DNA of 64,000 nt from Naegleria gruberi (taxonomy: Eukaryota): assembly GCA_000004985.1 (NCBI GenBank), contig GG738928.1; one strand, given 5' to 3'. Shown here one piece after another: positions 33,226-44,300 of the stretch. Under the pieces are notes generated by a model, which saw nothing but the letters and a program-made list of their open reading frames with translations, made no database searches and was not told where the DNA came from. The position numbers and the translations under genes are program-made. The stretch's first letter is position 1. Every line of letters starts with the position of its first letter.

Positions 33226-34469
33226 TTACATGAAGGCCATCACCAACACTGTAGCACAAGTAACAACCAATAAGGAAATGATACTGTGGAGAGATTCATT
33301 ACCGTTAGCTCTAGCACTTGTGGCAGTGGTAGTATTCTTATTATTAATAGTACTGGTGGTTGGGGTGTTTCCTCCATTGTTGTTGTTATTACAGACATAG
33401 TTAGGAGTATAAATTAATTGAGTGGATTGACCATTGCATGAATCAGTGGCAGTTGTCCAATCCCTCATAATCTTTCCAGCTCTTCGAACCATTTCAAATG
33501 CAGTGCCTGGAACTTTCTTCAATTGATTCAAATCATCACTGTCCCATTTATCATTTGGTTCTCCAGTAATGAAATAACTGGATCCTTGATCAGCAAAAAT
33601 CATTCCATACTTTTTCAATGCTTTCAAAATGATCAATGATTGACCAGTGTAAGTTGATAAATCAAAAGAAGCTTTCAATCTGAATCTAGCTCCATAAGGA
33701 AGATAGGATGCATCTTTGGTTGAACCATAATGTTTGGCAGGTGGAATATAAGCTCTCTGAGCAGTTGGGAGTGTGAAACGAACTGCATGAGTGATATTAC
33801 CAGCAGCAACTTCAGAATATCTCACCAAACCAGGGAAAATTGGCAATCCAGCTGCATCAGCTGAAGTGATTGACAATTCATTTGGATAACGGAACATACT
33901 GGCATTTCTCATATTTAAATCAAATTTAGCATTGGATCCACATGTCCAAGAATCACTTCCTGCAACAGAGGCAAACATTTCATAGAGAATACAATTATCT
34001 GTATCAACTACAATAACATGTCTATATATTGAAATTCATTTAACATTTCAATAAATAGATATACTACTTACGAATCTGTTGGGCCTTCAACCTTACTATT
34101 CAATGGAATTGGTGCTGATGTGAAATCTGATTCGTCTGGAGCACCATCAGCAGAGAATTTAATTGGAACCTTAGCAACAGAATTGCCCTTAACAATATTC
34201 CAAGGAATACCTGCACTAACTGTTTGTGTTCCATCAAAATATGGACCACTGAAATCTGCCTTCAAATTACCTGAATATTTGGCAATGTAACATGAACTCA
34301 TATAGTCGACTGGGTCATTGGAAATCTCACGATTCCATTCGTCATCTGGTGGAAAGATGTTGCAATTGCCAACCTTTGGTGGATTACATGCATGGGTAAC
34401 ACTAGTAGCCAGTGTGAGAACTAGCATCACACAAATTACTTGTTTAAACATTTTTTTCTTCTCTAACAA
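33226..34469 (-). CDS. Secreted, probably GPI-anchored, protein of unknown family; 2 exons, join(34469..34072, 34021..33226)
   Basis: Signal peptide MFKQVICVMLVLTLATSVTHA. Donor GTAAGT at 34071, acceptor TAG at 34022. Exon 2 has ...IPPAKHYGSTKDASYLPYGARFRLK..., then an N/T-rich stalk and a C-terminal hydrophobic tail, SIISLLVVTCATVLVMAFM. Confidence 0.55.
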
Positions 34470-35392
34470 GATCTATTAATGAATGACAGATCTGGTTATT
34501 CATAAACTTGATCTATTAATGAATGACAGATCTGGTCAGATTATTTCCATGAACTTTGAAAGTTGAAAAGAGATCTCCCATAAAATTTAATGATATTGCT
34601 AGGTTATCAGATGAAGAATGTAAGAACTGTTTAGATGTTGTTTCAAAAGGCTACTAGATTAACAATACTACCAAATTGAGGAGAACAAGATCATAGTTAA
34701 TGCCCAACAGGAGTAATTTGCTACTGATAATATGATGTTTAAAAGATGATGAAAGGATTCCTTCGGATTGTCTAAAATACAACAAAATCGCCAGGCTGTT
34801 TGCATAACAATATTTTCTTCAACATGGTGCCGAGTAGATGTGTAGGCTATTTTTTTTCTTAATAATTAAGAAAAAAATTATTTCTGGTTGGTTTAAAATA
34901 TAAAAATGTAACGGTAAATTTTGGAGCGTTCAACACTACAAATCAATCATCTTACTAACTTGAACTTCAATCCATTCAAGGTTCATCAATATCAATCTCT
35001 TTGATTTTCCTCAATGAACAAGGAATATCAAATTTGCGCCAAGAAACAAAACCCTTTACTGTGTCTTTCCCTTCTTCTCTAGCGTTGAACCTGCAGAACT
35101 CGCGTCCAAAAATAGCGCCCTACGAAAAATCGAAGAACAACACGAAAAGAATCAAGTGCAATGAAACGTTGAGCGGCAAATGACGATAATCCATTTAATA
35201 GTAGAAAAAAAGAAAACAACATCAAAGCCTCTCTTTCCTCATCGTTACGTACACACAAACGTTTGCGCTCGCAGCGAAATCAAATTCTCTCTTCTCAATC
35301 ATTTTTTTTTTACAGTGCTACACAACCTTCTACAAGTTCTAGGCTTGTTCCAAACAATAATTTATTAAAACCTTCTTCCAACACACAACAAA

Positions 35393-36640
35393 ATGAATGA
35401 TAATCAAATCATGATGAATTTCCAAGTTGAAGAGTTTTCAAAGAGCTTGCAAACTTTCAATAATTGTCCTGATAATGAAGATTATTCTAATAGTTTCTTA
35501 TCAATATTTTTGGGAAGTGAAACAAGAGATCAAATTATTCAAGAAATTTTGAAACATGTCAGAGTGAAAGTTGAATGTTTACCAACTGGTTTTCAAGAAA
35601 ATCAATTCTTCTCACCAGCACAGACAAAATACTCTTGTTATGTGAACGATCAAATCAGAATATCAGTTAATTTTGATGACAAATATTTAGATTCTCTTTC
35701 ACAAGGACAAAATGTTTGCGATTCAAGTAATTCACCTAATTATTTCTGTTCCATGTTAATGGAAAAGTGTAATATTCAACTTGTTTCCTTCGTTGAAGGA
35801 ACAAACTTCGAGAATACAGTCACCGAGTTGACTACAGAACTATCCAAGCTGGGAATGAATAGTGATAGCAATCAAAGAGTTGTTACTTTCCATATTCCAA
35901 GACCTCTTCAGAAAAGAGGAAAGAAAAAGGAAAGAGCCAGTTCTGTTTCAAAAAAGATTGGGTTTATTCAAGTCATCCACTCTGATTCCAAGAAGATTGT
36001 CTGTAGATCTGATAATATTTGGATACGGTCAAAATCTAGAGAGGAAATGGAAACAAAGAAAAGAAGAGCTAACAATACCCTTTCTAAAAAGGTTAAAAAG
36101 AGAAAGATCAAATCAGATAATGATGAGAATCAAGATTCTAACAAACCAGACTCTACTAAACCAGATCTTTCCAAACCATCCCTCCAAGCACCTGCTCCAG
36201 CTCCAACAACCTCCAAACCAGCTCAAGAAATTCCAGATCTCAAACCTAAACTTGAATTCCCTTTCCTTCCAGTCATGCCAACTTACTTACCTAACTTTAT
36301 GAATCCTAACCTTCTTTCAATGATTCCAGTCAATCCATGTTGTAGTCTAATTCCTGTGCAGACATATTTTGATCCTTCCCTTTCCAATCAATTCTCCACC
36401 ACTGTAAATTATTTCTGCCAAGCTAATGCTGATATTCTTGAATTAACACAACCAAACACAGATGAATTTGATTTTGATTTCGATTTTGAAAAGGGTGAGG
36501 AGCTGAAAAGTCCTCTTTCTGATATTTCATCAAAGCAATGTGAAATCAATGATAATTTATGGGGAGAGGTTTCTCCTCTTTCAGATTCAATTTTTGGTGC
36601 TGAAGATGATGTCTTTGGAGCTAACATATTTGAATTTTAA
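35393..36640 (+). CDS. Hypothetical 415-aa protein with a basic KRK-rich centre and Pro-rich region (possibly nuclear)
   Basis: Long single ORF with a KKRRANNTLSKKVKKRKIK NLS-like stretch. Confidence 0.4.
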   Translation: MNDNQIMMNFQVEEFSKSLQTFNNCPDNEDYSNSFLSIFLGSETRDQIIQEILKHVRVKVECLPTGFQENQFFSPAQTKYSCYVNDQIRISVNFDDKYLDSLSQGQNVCDSSNSPNYFCSMLMEKCNIQLVSFVEGTNFENTVTELTTELSKLGMNSDSNQRVVTFHIPRPLQKRGKKKERASSVSKKIGFIQVIHSDSKKIVCRSDNIWIRSKSREEMETKKRRANNTLSKKVKKRKIKSDNDENQDSNKPDSTKPDLSKPSLQAPAPAPTTSKPAQEIPDLKPKLEFPFLPVMPTYLPNFMNPNLLSMIPVNPCCSLIPVQTYFDPSLSNQFSTTVNYFCQANADILELTQPNTDEFDFDFDFEKGEELKSPLSDISSKQCEINDNLWGEVSPLSDSIFGAEDDVFGANIFEF

Positions 36641-36969
36641 TATTTACAAATTATTTATTTTCAATATTACAAAAACTGATAATCAATATCTGCGTTTTGA
36701 GAATAAAAATTAGATAGGATGCTTCACGCAAACAGAAGTCAGTGAAAAATGAGAGAACGTGTTTTTTCAAGAGAATTGAATAATTTTTCAGTTTTATTTG
36801 AAAACTATTAAGATTGGAGAAATCAAAAAAAACAAGAAAACGCTCTCAAATATGATAACCACCAAGATTTCAAATCTTAAAGCCAAAAAAAATAGCAATT
36901 ATCAAGAAAATTCCTACAGAAATAAAAAAAATCATATTCTTCGTTCCAATCTTTGAGTAACCTGGTAAT

Positions 36970-39828
36970 TCAATCTTCATTAATTCCAAATTGAAAGTCT
37001 TTTGAGGAACTATCTTTTGGTAGTGTGTCGAANNNNNNNNNNNNNNNNNNNNNNNNNNNNNNNNNNNNNNNNNNNNNNNNNNTTGAATATCTGAATAGGT
37101 TTGATAAAAATGTAGTATCACATGGACAACCACTGAGATTCAACTCATCCAGTGTCTGGAAGTACATGTACATAATATTAGAAAAAATTTTAGGAAATTC
37201 AATATTTGAAAGATCCAATGTTTTCAAACATGCAAATTCCTGTAAAAATGTTCTAAACGAATCACTGTAAATTGGATTGATATCTGTACTCATATCACCT
37301 GTTATATTGTTCAATTTGACATTCTCAATGGAAGGGGAATAACTCAATGAATGAGCAATTGAAAAAAGAGCAGGTGGTGACTTGTTTCCAGTGAATTTGA
37401 ATGTCTTCAGATTCTTCTTAGCTAGTAAGCTATCTCCAATTCTTTGTGTCCCTCTTTCTCCAATATCACAATGAGAAAGATCTAAATAGGTTAGATTAGG
37501 GCAGTTTTTCAATTTTTTCAAAAAATCGGCAAGATATGAGACACCGTTATCCCCAATCTTGTTGTTGCTAAAGTCTAATATTTTCAATGATGGAAAGTTA
37601 ATATAGAATGAAGAGAGATCTGATCCTGTAATCTTTGAATCATGAAATATCAAGCTCTCTATTAATGCTCTTCTAGAATAATCACTCTTAATAGAATAAA
37701 AGAATGTCTCAAAGTCTGCTCCTTTATCCTTTTCCTGATACTCGATATTCCAATGTTTGAGAATTATTGTACTAATTGGAAGGGATGATAATATTTTCGT
37801 CAAAACATCTTGGCAACCATTGAACCAACAAGTCTCCAAACATTTGCATTTAGAATATCTGCTAATCATTCCAGAAAGGAGAATGAAATTATTTCTTTCA
37901 GCCATTTCACGAAGAGTTCTGCTCATCGACTTTTGTAAATATAATTGCATCCATGCGTCTTTCATCTCCTTTAAATAGTAAGGAAGTTTTGAAATTCTCC
38001 ATTTTGAATTGCAAGCAATTTTCCATTCTTGTTCTGATGTAAGTTTTGGCAAATCTTCTAGAACTATGTGTTTTCTAAAATTTGTTGGAGGTTTTCCATG
38101 GTAGCCTTTTTGTAAACTACTCTGAATGCAGGATTTGAGTAGTTCAATAACACTATCATGAGTTTCAAATACATGGAGAGATGACATTTCATTCAGTAAC
38201 TTGAAGAAGGTTTTAAAGTCATTCATCTTTTCAATTTGGTTCAATTTTTCTATGAACGAATCTATGGATTGATAAGGCAATATTCCACAATTTTCATTCA
38301 TAAATTTAGAAATACTTTCAATAGAGTTAAAATCGGAAAAGATCTGGATAAAGTAAATGTGTAATGTGAGTTCTTTCAACCTCTTTCTGATACTTTTGAA
38401 AGAATAGGACACTCTGTCGTCATCAGTTACTTCAGCACATTGAAAATCTGCAATTTCCTTGTAGCTCTTCAAAATATTCTTAACATATCTTGTCAAGAAT
38501 TCTCTAACATAGATATCATACAAATCTTTCCAATCAAATTTTGAAAATGGAATTAGCATTACAAAGTTTAACAAATCTCCAACTTTTTCTTTTGATCTTT
38601 CTTCACTTCTAATAAAGGAATCAATAGAGCTATTAATCAATTCACTAATCTCTGGAATTTCCTTAATCGCCTCGATCATCAATCTGAAAAATCTCAAGCA
38701 AGCCATAAATGCATTGGTGGTCTTTTCTCTCTGATCAACCATTTGAAGCAAACAATTAGACATCAATCGAGGAAGAATTTCAATAACTTGTTCTGGTGAA
38801 AAATCTATCTTTTTCGAATGGGAACTGGACAAATTAGCTAATGAAGATTTGGTAACGTGAAGAACCTTCTTGATATGAATTTCATCATTTGTTTCTGTAA
38901 GGATTGGTATCCAGTGTGTAAATGAAGTTTTCTCTCTTGACATTCCTCTCACATTATAATTCATGAACGCTCTCAATGAAAGAATATCCAGAGAGCAATA
39001 TATAGAACATATTTCCAATGATTTTGCGTTTCTCTTTTTACAGTTAATTCCATAGCCAACAAGATCACTTGTTTTGGTAAAGAAGCAAACTGAATCTGAG
39101 TTGGCTAACACTTTCTCAACTTTACAATTCATTCTTTTGAAACCATCATCTTCCTCTCTAGATACAAATGGAGGAGAAGGTAAATGATTAGAATGGCCAA
39201 CTTTTCTATTAACATATGCTTTGGCATGTGACATTGACCATTCCTGAGCTGACAAGTATTCTTCCTTTTTTTCCTCAAAAGTCTTTGGATCCTGAATATT
39301 TGACAATACTCTAGTCACATCTGCTCCATCATATAAAAACGTTTGCAACTGCATCAAGATTGAATGAACAGAATAAATTGGTTTCCACTCCTCAAGAAAA
39401 TCCAAACAAATCCTATCAGAATCGACCACATTAGGATGTTCCATCCTCGTACACAATCGAATAGTGGGCGCCTCCATTGGATAATTCTCACTAAACTTGA
39501 TCACTGCATGAAAAACCACACCATCATACATGGTATCTGAATTTCCTCGAATATTTACGTGCCACATCATGAAATCCCTCTCATCATCCACCTGAAAATT
39601 CATCTCCCGATAAATATTCATTATTTTCAAATTATCGAGAGCCTTCTTCTTCTTGATCGGAGCTGGACATGCACTCACATGACTCAGTGGATTTTCTTGA
39701 ATGTATTTAAATTCGGAATATAATCTTTTCAAGGCTAAAATTGGAGAAGTTTTACAATGTTTGTAACTATTCGGATCTGAATTTGCTTTCGAACGTGCAT
39801 TGGGCTTGATCTTTTGGTGTTGAGACAT
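36970..39828 (-). CDS. Ubiquitin-conjugating enzyme (UBC/E2) domain fused to a roughly 600-aa linker and a C-terminal RNI-type leucine-rich-repeat domain; an assembly gap lies near the C-terminus
   Basis: N-terminal UBC fold: LKRLYSEFKYIQENP...FMMWHVNIRGNSDTMYDGVVFHAVIKFSENYPMEAPTIRLCTRMEHPNVVDSDRICLDFLEEWKPIYSVHSILMQLQTFL, carrying the HPN motif and the catalytic Cys. C-terminal RNI-like LRRs: LKILDFSNNKIGDNGVSYLADFLKKLKNCPNLTYLDLSHCDIGERG...LDLSNIEF. 50 N at 37033-37082. Confidence 0.65.
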   Translation of the reverse strand: MSQHQKIKPNARSKANSDPNSYKHCKTSPILALKRLYSEFKYIQENPLSHVSACPAPIKKKKALDNLKIMNIYREMNFQVDDERDFMMWHVNIRGNSDTMYDGVVFHAVIKFSENYPMEAPTIRLCTRMEHPNVVDSDRICLDFLEEWKPIYSVHSILMQLQTFLYDGADVTRVLSNIQDPKTFEEKKEEYLSAQEWSMSHAKAYVNRKVGHSNHLPSPPFVSREEDDGFKRMNCKVEKVLANSDSVCFFTKTSDLVGYGINCKKRNAKSLEICSIYCSLDILSLRAFMNYNVRGMSREKTSFTHWIPILTETNDEIHIKKVLHVTKSSLANLSSSHSKKIDFSPEQVIEILPRLMSNCLLQMVDQREKTTNAFMACLRFFRLMIEAIKEIPEISELINSSIDSFIRSEERSKEKVGDLLNFVMLIPFSKFDWKDLYDIYVREFLTRYVKNILKSYKEIADFQCAEVTDDDRVSYSFKSIRKRLKELTLHIYFIQIFSDFNSIESISKFMNENCGILPYQSIDSFIEKLNQIEKMNDFKTFFKLLNEMSSLHVFETHDSVIELLKSCIQSSLQKGYHGKPPTNFRKHIVLEDLPKLTSEQEWKIACNSKWRISKLPYYLKEMKDAWMQLYLQKSMSRTLREMAERNNFILLSGMISRYSKCKCLETCWFNGCQDVLTKILSSLPISTIILKHWNIEYQEKDKGADFETFFYSIKSDYSRRALIESLIFHDSKITGSDLSSFYINFPSLKILDFSNNKIGDNGVSYLADFLKKLKNCPNLTYLDLSHCDIGERGTQRIGDSLLAKKNLKTFKFTGNKSPPALFSIAHSLSYSPSIENVKLNNITGDMSTDINPIYSDSFRTFLQEFACLKTLDLSNIEFPKIFSNIMYMYFQTLDELNLSGCPCDTTFLSNLFRYSXXXXXXXXXXXXXXXXXFDTLPKDSSSKDFQFGINED
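37033..37082. other. Assembly gap (50 N) inside the E2-LRR gene
   Basis: Run of n. Confidence 0.95.
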
Positions 39829-40190
39829 TTTTTTGAATGTTTTTAGCGGAAATTAAGATTTTTGAAAATTTTATAAATTGAGTTGAACTTTGAAATATAA
39901 TTGAAATGATTTTAATGGAATTTCCATCTTTACAAAAAGACACGAAAATATTGAGACGTTGGAGAGTGTCACTGTGGGTCATGATCGATGAAATTTGAAA
40001 TGGAATCTTCAAATTGTAATGTTTAAAGAGAGATGGTTTCACTAGTGAATTTTGATTTACTCTTTTTTTTCAATCTTGTTTTTTAATATTTCTGAATTTT
40101 AGGTTAAAATGAGTTTTGGCGGGAAAATAAAGATTATTCACTTGAAACTTTGTAAAATAATTTAATGTACCTTGGAAATTATTTGAAACA

Positions 40191-40901
40191 TTATTTGGAA
40201 AGACCATCTTTGAGGAGTTTTTCCATCTTTTCGTCAAATTCTTTTTGAAGTTTATCCTTGTCTTGTTGTTCTTTTCTGGTAGAAACATATCCATTGACTC
40301 CTTCACGAATTATAACTTCAGTTTCTAATAGAATAGTTTCGTCTTGTTTCACAAATTTAGATTTGAATTGAATGGAGCTTCTGTTATTTTGCAAAACATT
40401 TTCTTCAATATTTTCAAAAATCAGAATTGATTCGAATAAAGCATTTCCATTTTCATTTCTAATAATCAACTTGACATTTTTACATTCAATATTCGAAATG
40501 ATAGATAAATCCGAACAAAAACTCTTTAAAAATTCTTCATTATTAACATTTTCATCAGAAATGTTAAAAATAATTTCACAATCCTGCACAGCATCCAATT
40601 GTAAAGTGTTAATTTTGTGTGAACAATTTGATTCCAGCAAAATTTTGCTAGATTTACATTTCATCACTTCTACAAATCCTGTTGTGATGGAATTTACATT
40701 AAAAGTAATAGTAGAATCATTATTAGAATCTAGAATAATCTTCATGCATCGGGTTCCAGTTAATTTAATATTGGAATTTGTGCTGTTGGAAACATAGAGA
40801 AGATCATTTGATTGGAAGGAAGTTTCTTCTACTGTTGTATTGTTGTGAGTGATAAATTGTTGAGTTCTTCTAGCAAATGGTGATTGAGGAATAAATGTCA
40901 T
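40191..40901 (-). CDS. Hypothetical 236-aa protein, possibly a CARP/TBCC-like beta-helix domain
   Basis: Repeated C..I / I.NC-type short beta-strand pattern (RCMKIILDSNNDSTITFNVNSI...CKSSKILLESNCSHKINTLQL...CEIIFNISDEN...ECKNVKLIIRNENG). This is pattern-level only. Confidence 0.3.
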   Translation of the reverse strand: MTFIPQSPFARRTQQFITHNNTTVEETSFQSNDLLYVSNSTNSNIKLTGTRCMKIILDSNNDSTITFNVNSITTGFVEVMKCKSSKILLESNCSHKINTLQLDAVQDCEIIFNISDENVNNEEFLKSFCSDLSIISNIECKNVKLIIRNENGNALFESILIFENIEENVLQNNRSSIQFKSKFVKQDETILLETEVIIREGVNGYVSTRKEQQDKDKLQKEFDEKMEKLLKDGLSK

Positions 40902-41091
40902 TTTTTTTTAACTGCTCGAAAGTTGACAGCTTTAATGACAAGTTTATTTTCTATTTAAAATCAATTGATTTCCTCAAGTTAAATGAAGGATTTGTCACTA
41001 AATCATACTTTTCATTCAAAGGTAAAATGAACAAATAGATTTGCCGACTAATTTGGAAGTAATAGCGTCTTAGTTTTTACTCATAGTTGAC

Positions 41092-41164
41092 AAGCGCATA
41101 GCTCAGTCGGGAGAGCAGCAGACCCATAAGCTGCAGGTCAGAGGTTCAATTCCTCTTGTTGTTT
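41092..41164 (+). tRNA. tRNA-Met-like (anticodon CAT, loop CCCATAA with C33); possibly degenerate
   Basis: AAGCGCATAGCTCAGTCGGGAGAGCAGCAGACCCATAAGCTGCAGGTCAGAGGTTCAATTCCTCTTGTTGTTT. Canonical D-arm and T-arm (AGAGG/TTCAATT/CCTCT). In my manual fold the acceptor stem (AAGCGCA / TGTTGTT) has 2 mismatches and the anticodon stem has 1. Downstream GTCTTTTCTC could be a terminator. Confidence 0.5.
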
Positions 41165-41349
41165 GTCTTTTCTCAATCTAGTTCTTCGATCTTTCAATAA
41201 ACATAAAGGGAATTTTGCAACTAAAGATTAAACTCCAATTAAAGGAAAAACAACGCTGGTTTACTAATAATTCTAACAAAATGATTTATTTAACATTCCA
41301 ATATGTTAGGATTCAGAATCAATTTCATAATAACAATCCTTGTCTCTTC

Positions 41350-44300
41350 TTAAATCAATTTCGAATCATTCAACAAATTTTCTCTGGTTTTACCAGAATT
41401 TTCATAAAAAACAAACTCATCTGTTGTAGTAAATCTGGAAAAGGTATCATTCAAGTTGATAATAATCTGATCTTGTAGTGAGCTGATTGATTGTTGCAAT
41501 TTTTCATGGAATGCTTCTGGTATTTCCTTTTCATTCTTTGATTTCATTTCTTGATTGTTCTTGGCAGAGTTGACCAATTCACTAAGTGATTTTCTCATTT
41601 GTTTGAATTCGTTTCTAGTTTCGGATGGAATGTTAACTTCCTTAATGGAGCCACTTTCAATATAATTGGTAAATAATTCTTCAATCAATGAATTCACAGA
41701 GTCAATTCTGTCATTTGCTTTGATTAACTCTTGGAGTTGTTTCAGTTCCAAATATAAATGCAAGTTTTCTAATGAATATTCCTTTTTACAGAATGATTCG
41801 AATAGTTTCAGACCTTCTCTATTCGATAGTAATTGTTCCAATTCATCCTTTTCTTCATTACTCGATTGGTTTCTAAAATTCTTTTGTTTGATGAAATGAA
41901 CTAATCTCACAATAAGTGCAAATCCTCCAAATACCAACAAGTAACTAAACAAGTACAATATTTCAAATAGCAATGAAATTGAATCGTTCACTCTTGAATT
42001 TACATCACCTCTCTTGTAACTCAAACCTGACAATCCAATAATTTGTGAAATTACCAAAAATGTAAAGCAAACAATAAATAAAATCATTTCCACTCTAAAG
42101 TATAATGGAGTATCGAGTTGAATGAACCAATCATAAGCTCTCTTGATTGGAACTTTTGCCATTTTCTTGGCAGTTTCCTTATCAAACTTTTGTAAAGCTT
42201 CCTTGTTAAACGAAAGTGAACTATTTGATAAATTACTTGTTGATTTTTCATTACTATCCACAAGCATTTCAGATTCATTTCTAGAATTCAAAAGTGACAT
42301 GATCACATCTAACAAAATCAATGCACATATAAGAAATCCCAATGATAAAATCATAATTGTAAACGAAATTGAAACAATGTAAGAATATTCGATTCCTGTA
42401 ATGACACTCGTTCTCACAAGAATTACCCACAACGTCCAATACATTAGGTTCACGGTCATAAAGATTCCCATGATGGAAATCATTGCTCTTGTGGAGAGGA
42501 AAATTCTAATCACTCTCAAAATTTTGTCTCCCTTTTGGTACAATTGACTAGTTCTATCATTTTGGTTCAATGAGAATTTAATGGATAATCTATGATAGAA
42601 ATATTTGAGAATGTGAAATCTTGATGTCTGATACAAGTATGAAAACATTGCTGTCAAAGTCAAAGTGTTTACAATAATTGTAATAACATTCGAAACAATA
42701 TTCGATGCCAAATTACCATTTTCCAATTGAATCACCGTCGACTCTGTCAATCCCTCACTCTTCAATGATAATATCAACCCATTTCTAGTAGTATCCAACA
42801 AAATACTCCTCTGAACTATCAGAAATAGTCCACTTTCCACCACCAATGCAAACATTCCAATAAACGGAGTTACAAATCGACTCGCCAATGGTTGAGATTT
42901 TCGCATCACAATCAAGGCAACGAGAATTGAACTCGACAAGATGAAAAATAAAACACCAAATGAAATTTGTGCAATGTACAATTCGGATAATTGTTCGGCA
43001 GCCCTTAATGAATCAGTTGCGGTGTTATTAAGGGAGTTTTCGATAAAGGCAGCGAAGAGTGTGGTGTGCGTACATTTACAAATTAAATCTCCGTTTGATT
43101 GTAAAGTGGAAAGCGAGCAGCCGCTGGAATCCCATTGTAAAGTTGTTTCATTCCAGAATTTACAAGTGATTTGAGATGAATTGAGAGAATTGATTGTTTG
43201 ATTCAATATTGTAAAGTTAATTGAAATTGGTTGAGTCAATTCTGAAAGTGGTAATGTTTTACCTCCTAAATAAAGAGTGAAATCTTTAGAGTTGGTCAAT
43301 TGAGTTTGATTTGAAGTAAATAGAGGATTAGTATAGGTTATGAGTGATAATCCAACTTCCTTATTGTAGCCATCGTATTTTGTTAGAATGTAATCCGAAT
43401 CTAAACTAATGTCGGAGAATTTTTCTAATTTAGTGCTGTTAGAATTCTTAATAAATGTTGAAACTGTTACATTAATCAAATCTGATGAATAAACTGTGGA
43501 AATAATAGATTCGGATAATAATTTGACCGATTGCTGCAATAATAGAACAGATGTCAATTGAGTACAAGTATTCGAAACATTTGAGAAACCAAAAGAAAGT
43601 AAATTACTTGCACTTGTCAAGGTTGTTTGTAAATCAGAATCTGAAATTCTTTGCTTTGTAACGTAGCCAAGAGTTTCCTTTTCTTTTTTGTAAATTTCAT
43701 TAACTTGATTCAAATAATTTCCTAATTTGTCATTAATTGCTGTAGCAACCTCATTGGAAGAAGCTGATAAAGTAATTTGTTTCAGATTTTCCAAAGCAGT
43801 GGACGGATTGGAAATGTCAATTGTCATCTTATTGACAGACTCTACAAGTACTGAACTAGTTACTTCCTTTCTCAATTTTAAACTTGTATCATATGGAAAT
43901 ACAGTTGCAATACTACCCATTCTTGCTTTCAAAACTTCTGAAGAATCGTCCAAATTTGCACTAATCGAAACTGAACTAATCGATTGAGAATATTCAGTCC
44001 CCAACGCATCCAAACAAATTACAAACAATTCCAAACTTTGACTTGTAGCCAAACTTGTTTCATTCAAATAGGGAAGATACACAGAATCTCTTCCACTTGT
44101 CAAAAATTCTGAAATTCTAATCATTGAATTCTTAAATTTAAATCCAAAAGCAAATTTGAGAGGAGAAAGAAACAATCGACTCGCATTCGAATCTGTAAAA
44201 TTCCAAGCACCTACAACTTCCTCAATAATAAAACTTGTTTTCAGTGCAACACCTGACAATGGTTGAATATTAACAATTGCCATTGGATTTCGAATTGGTG

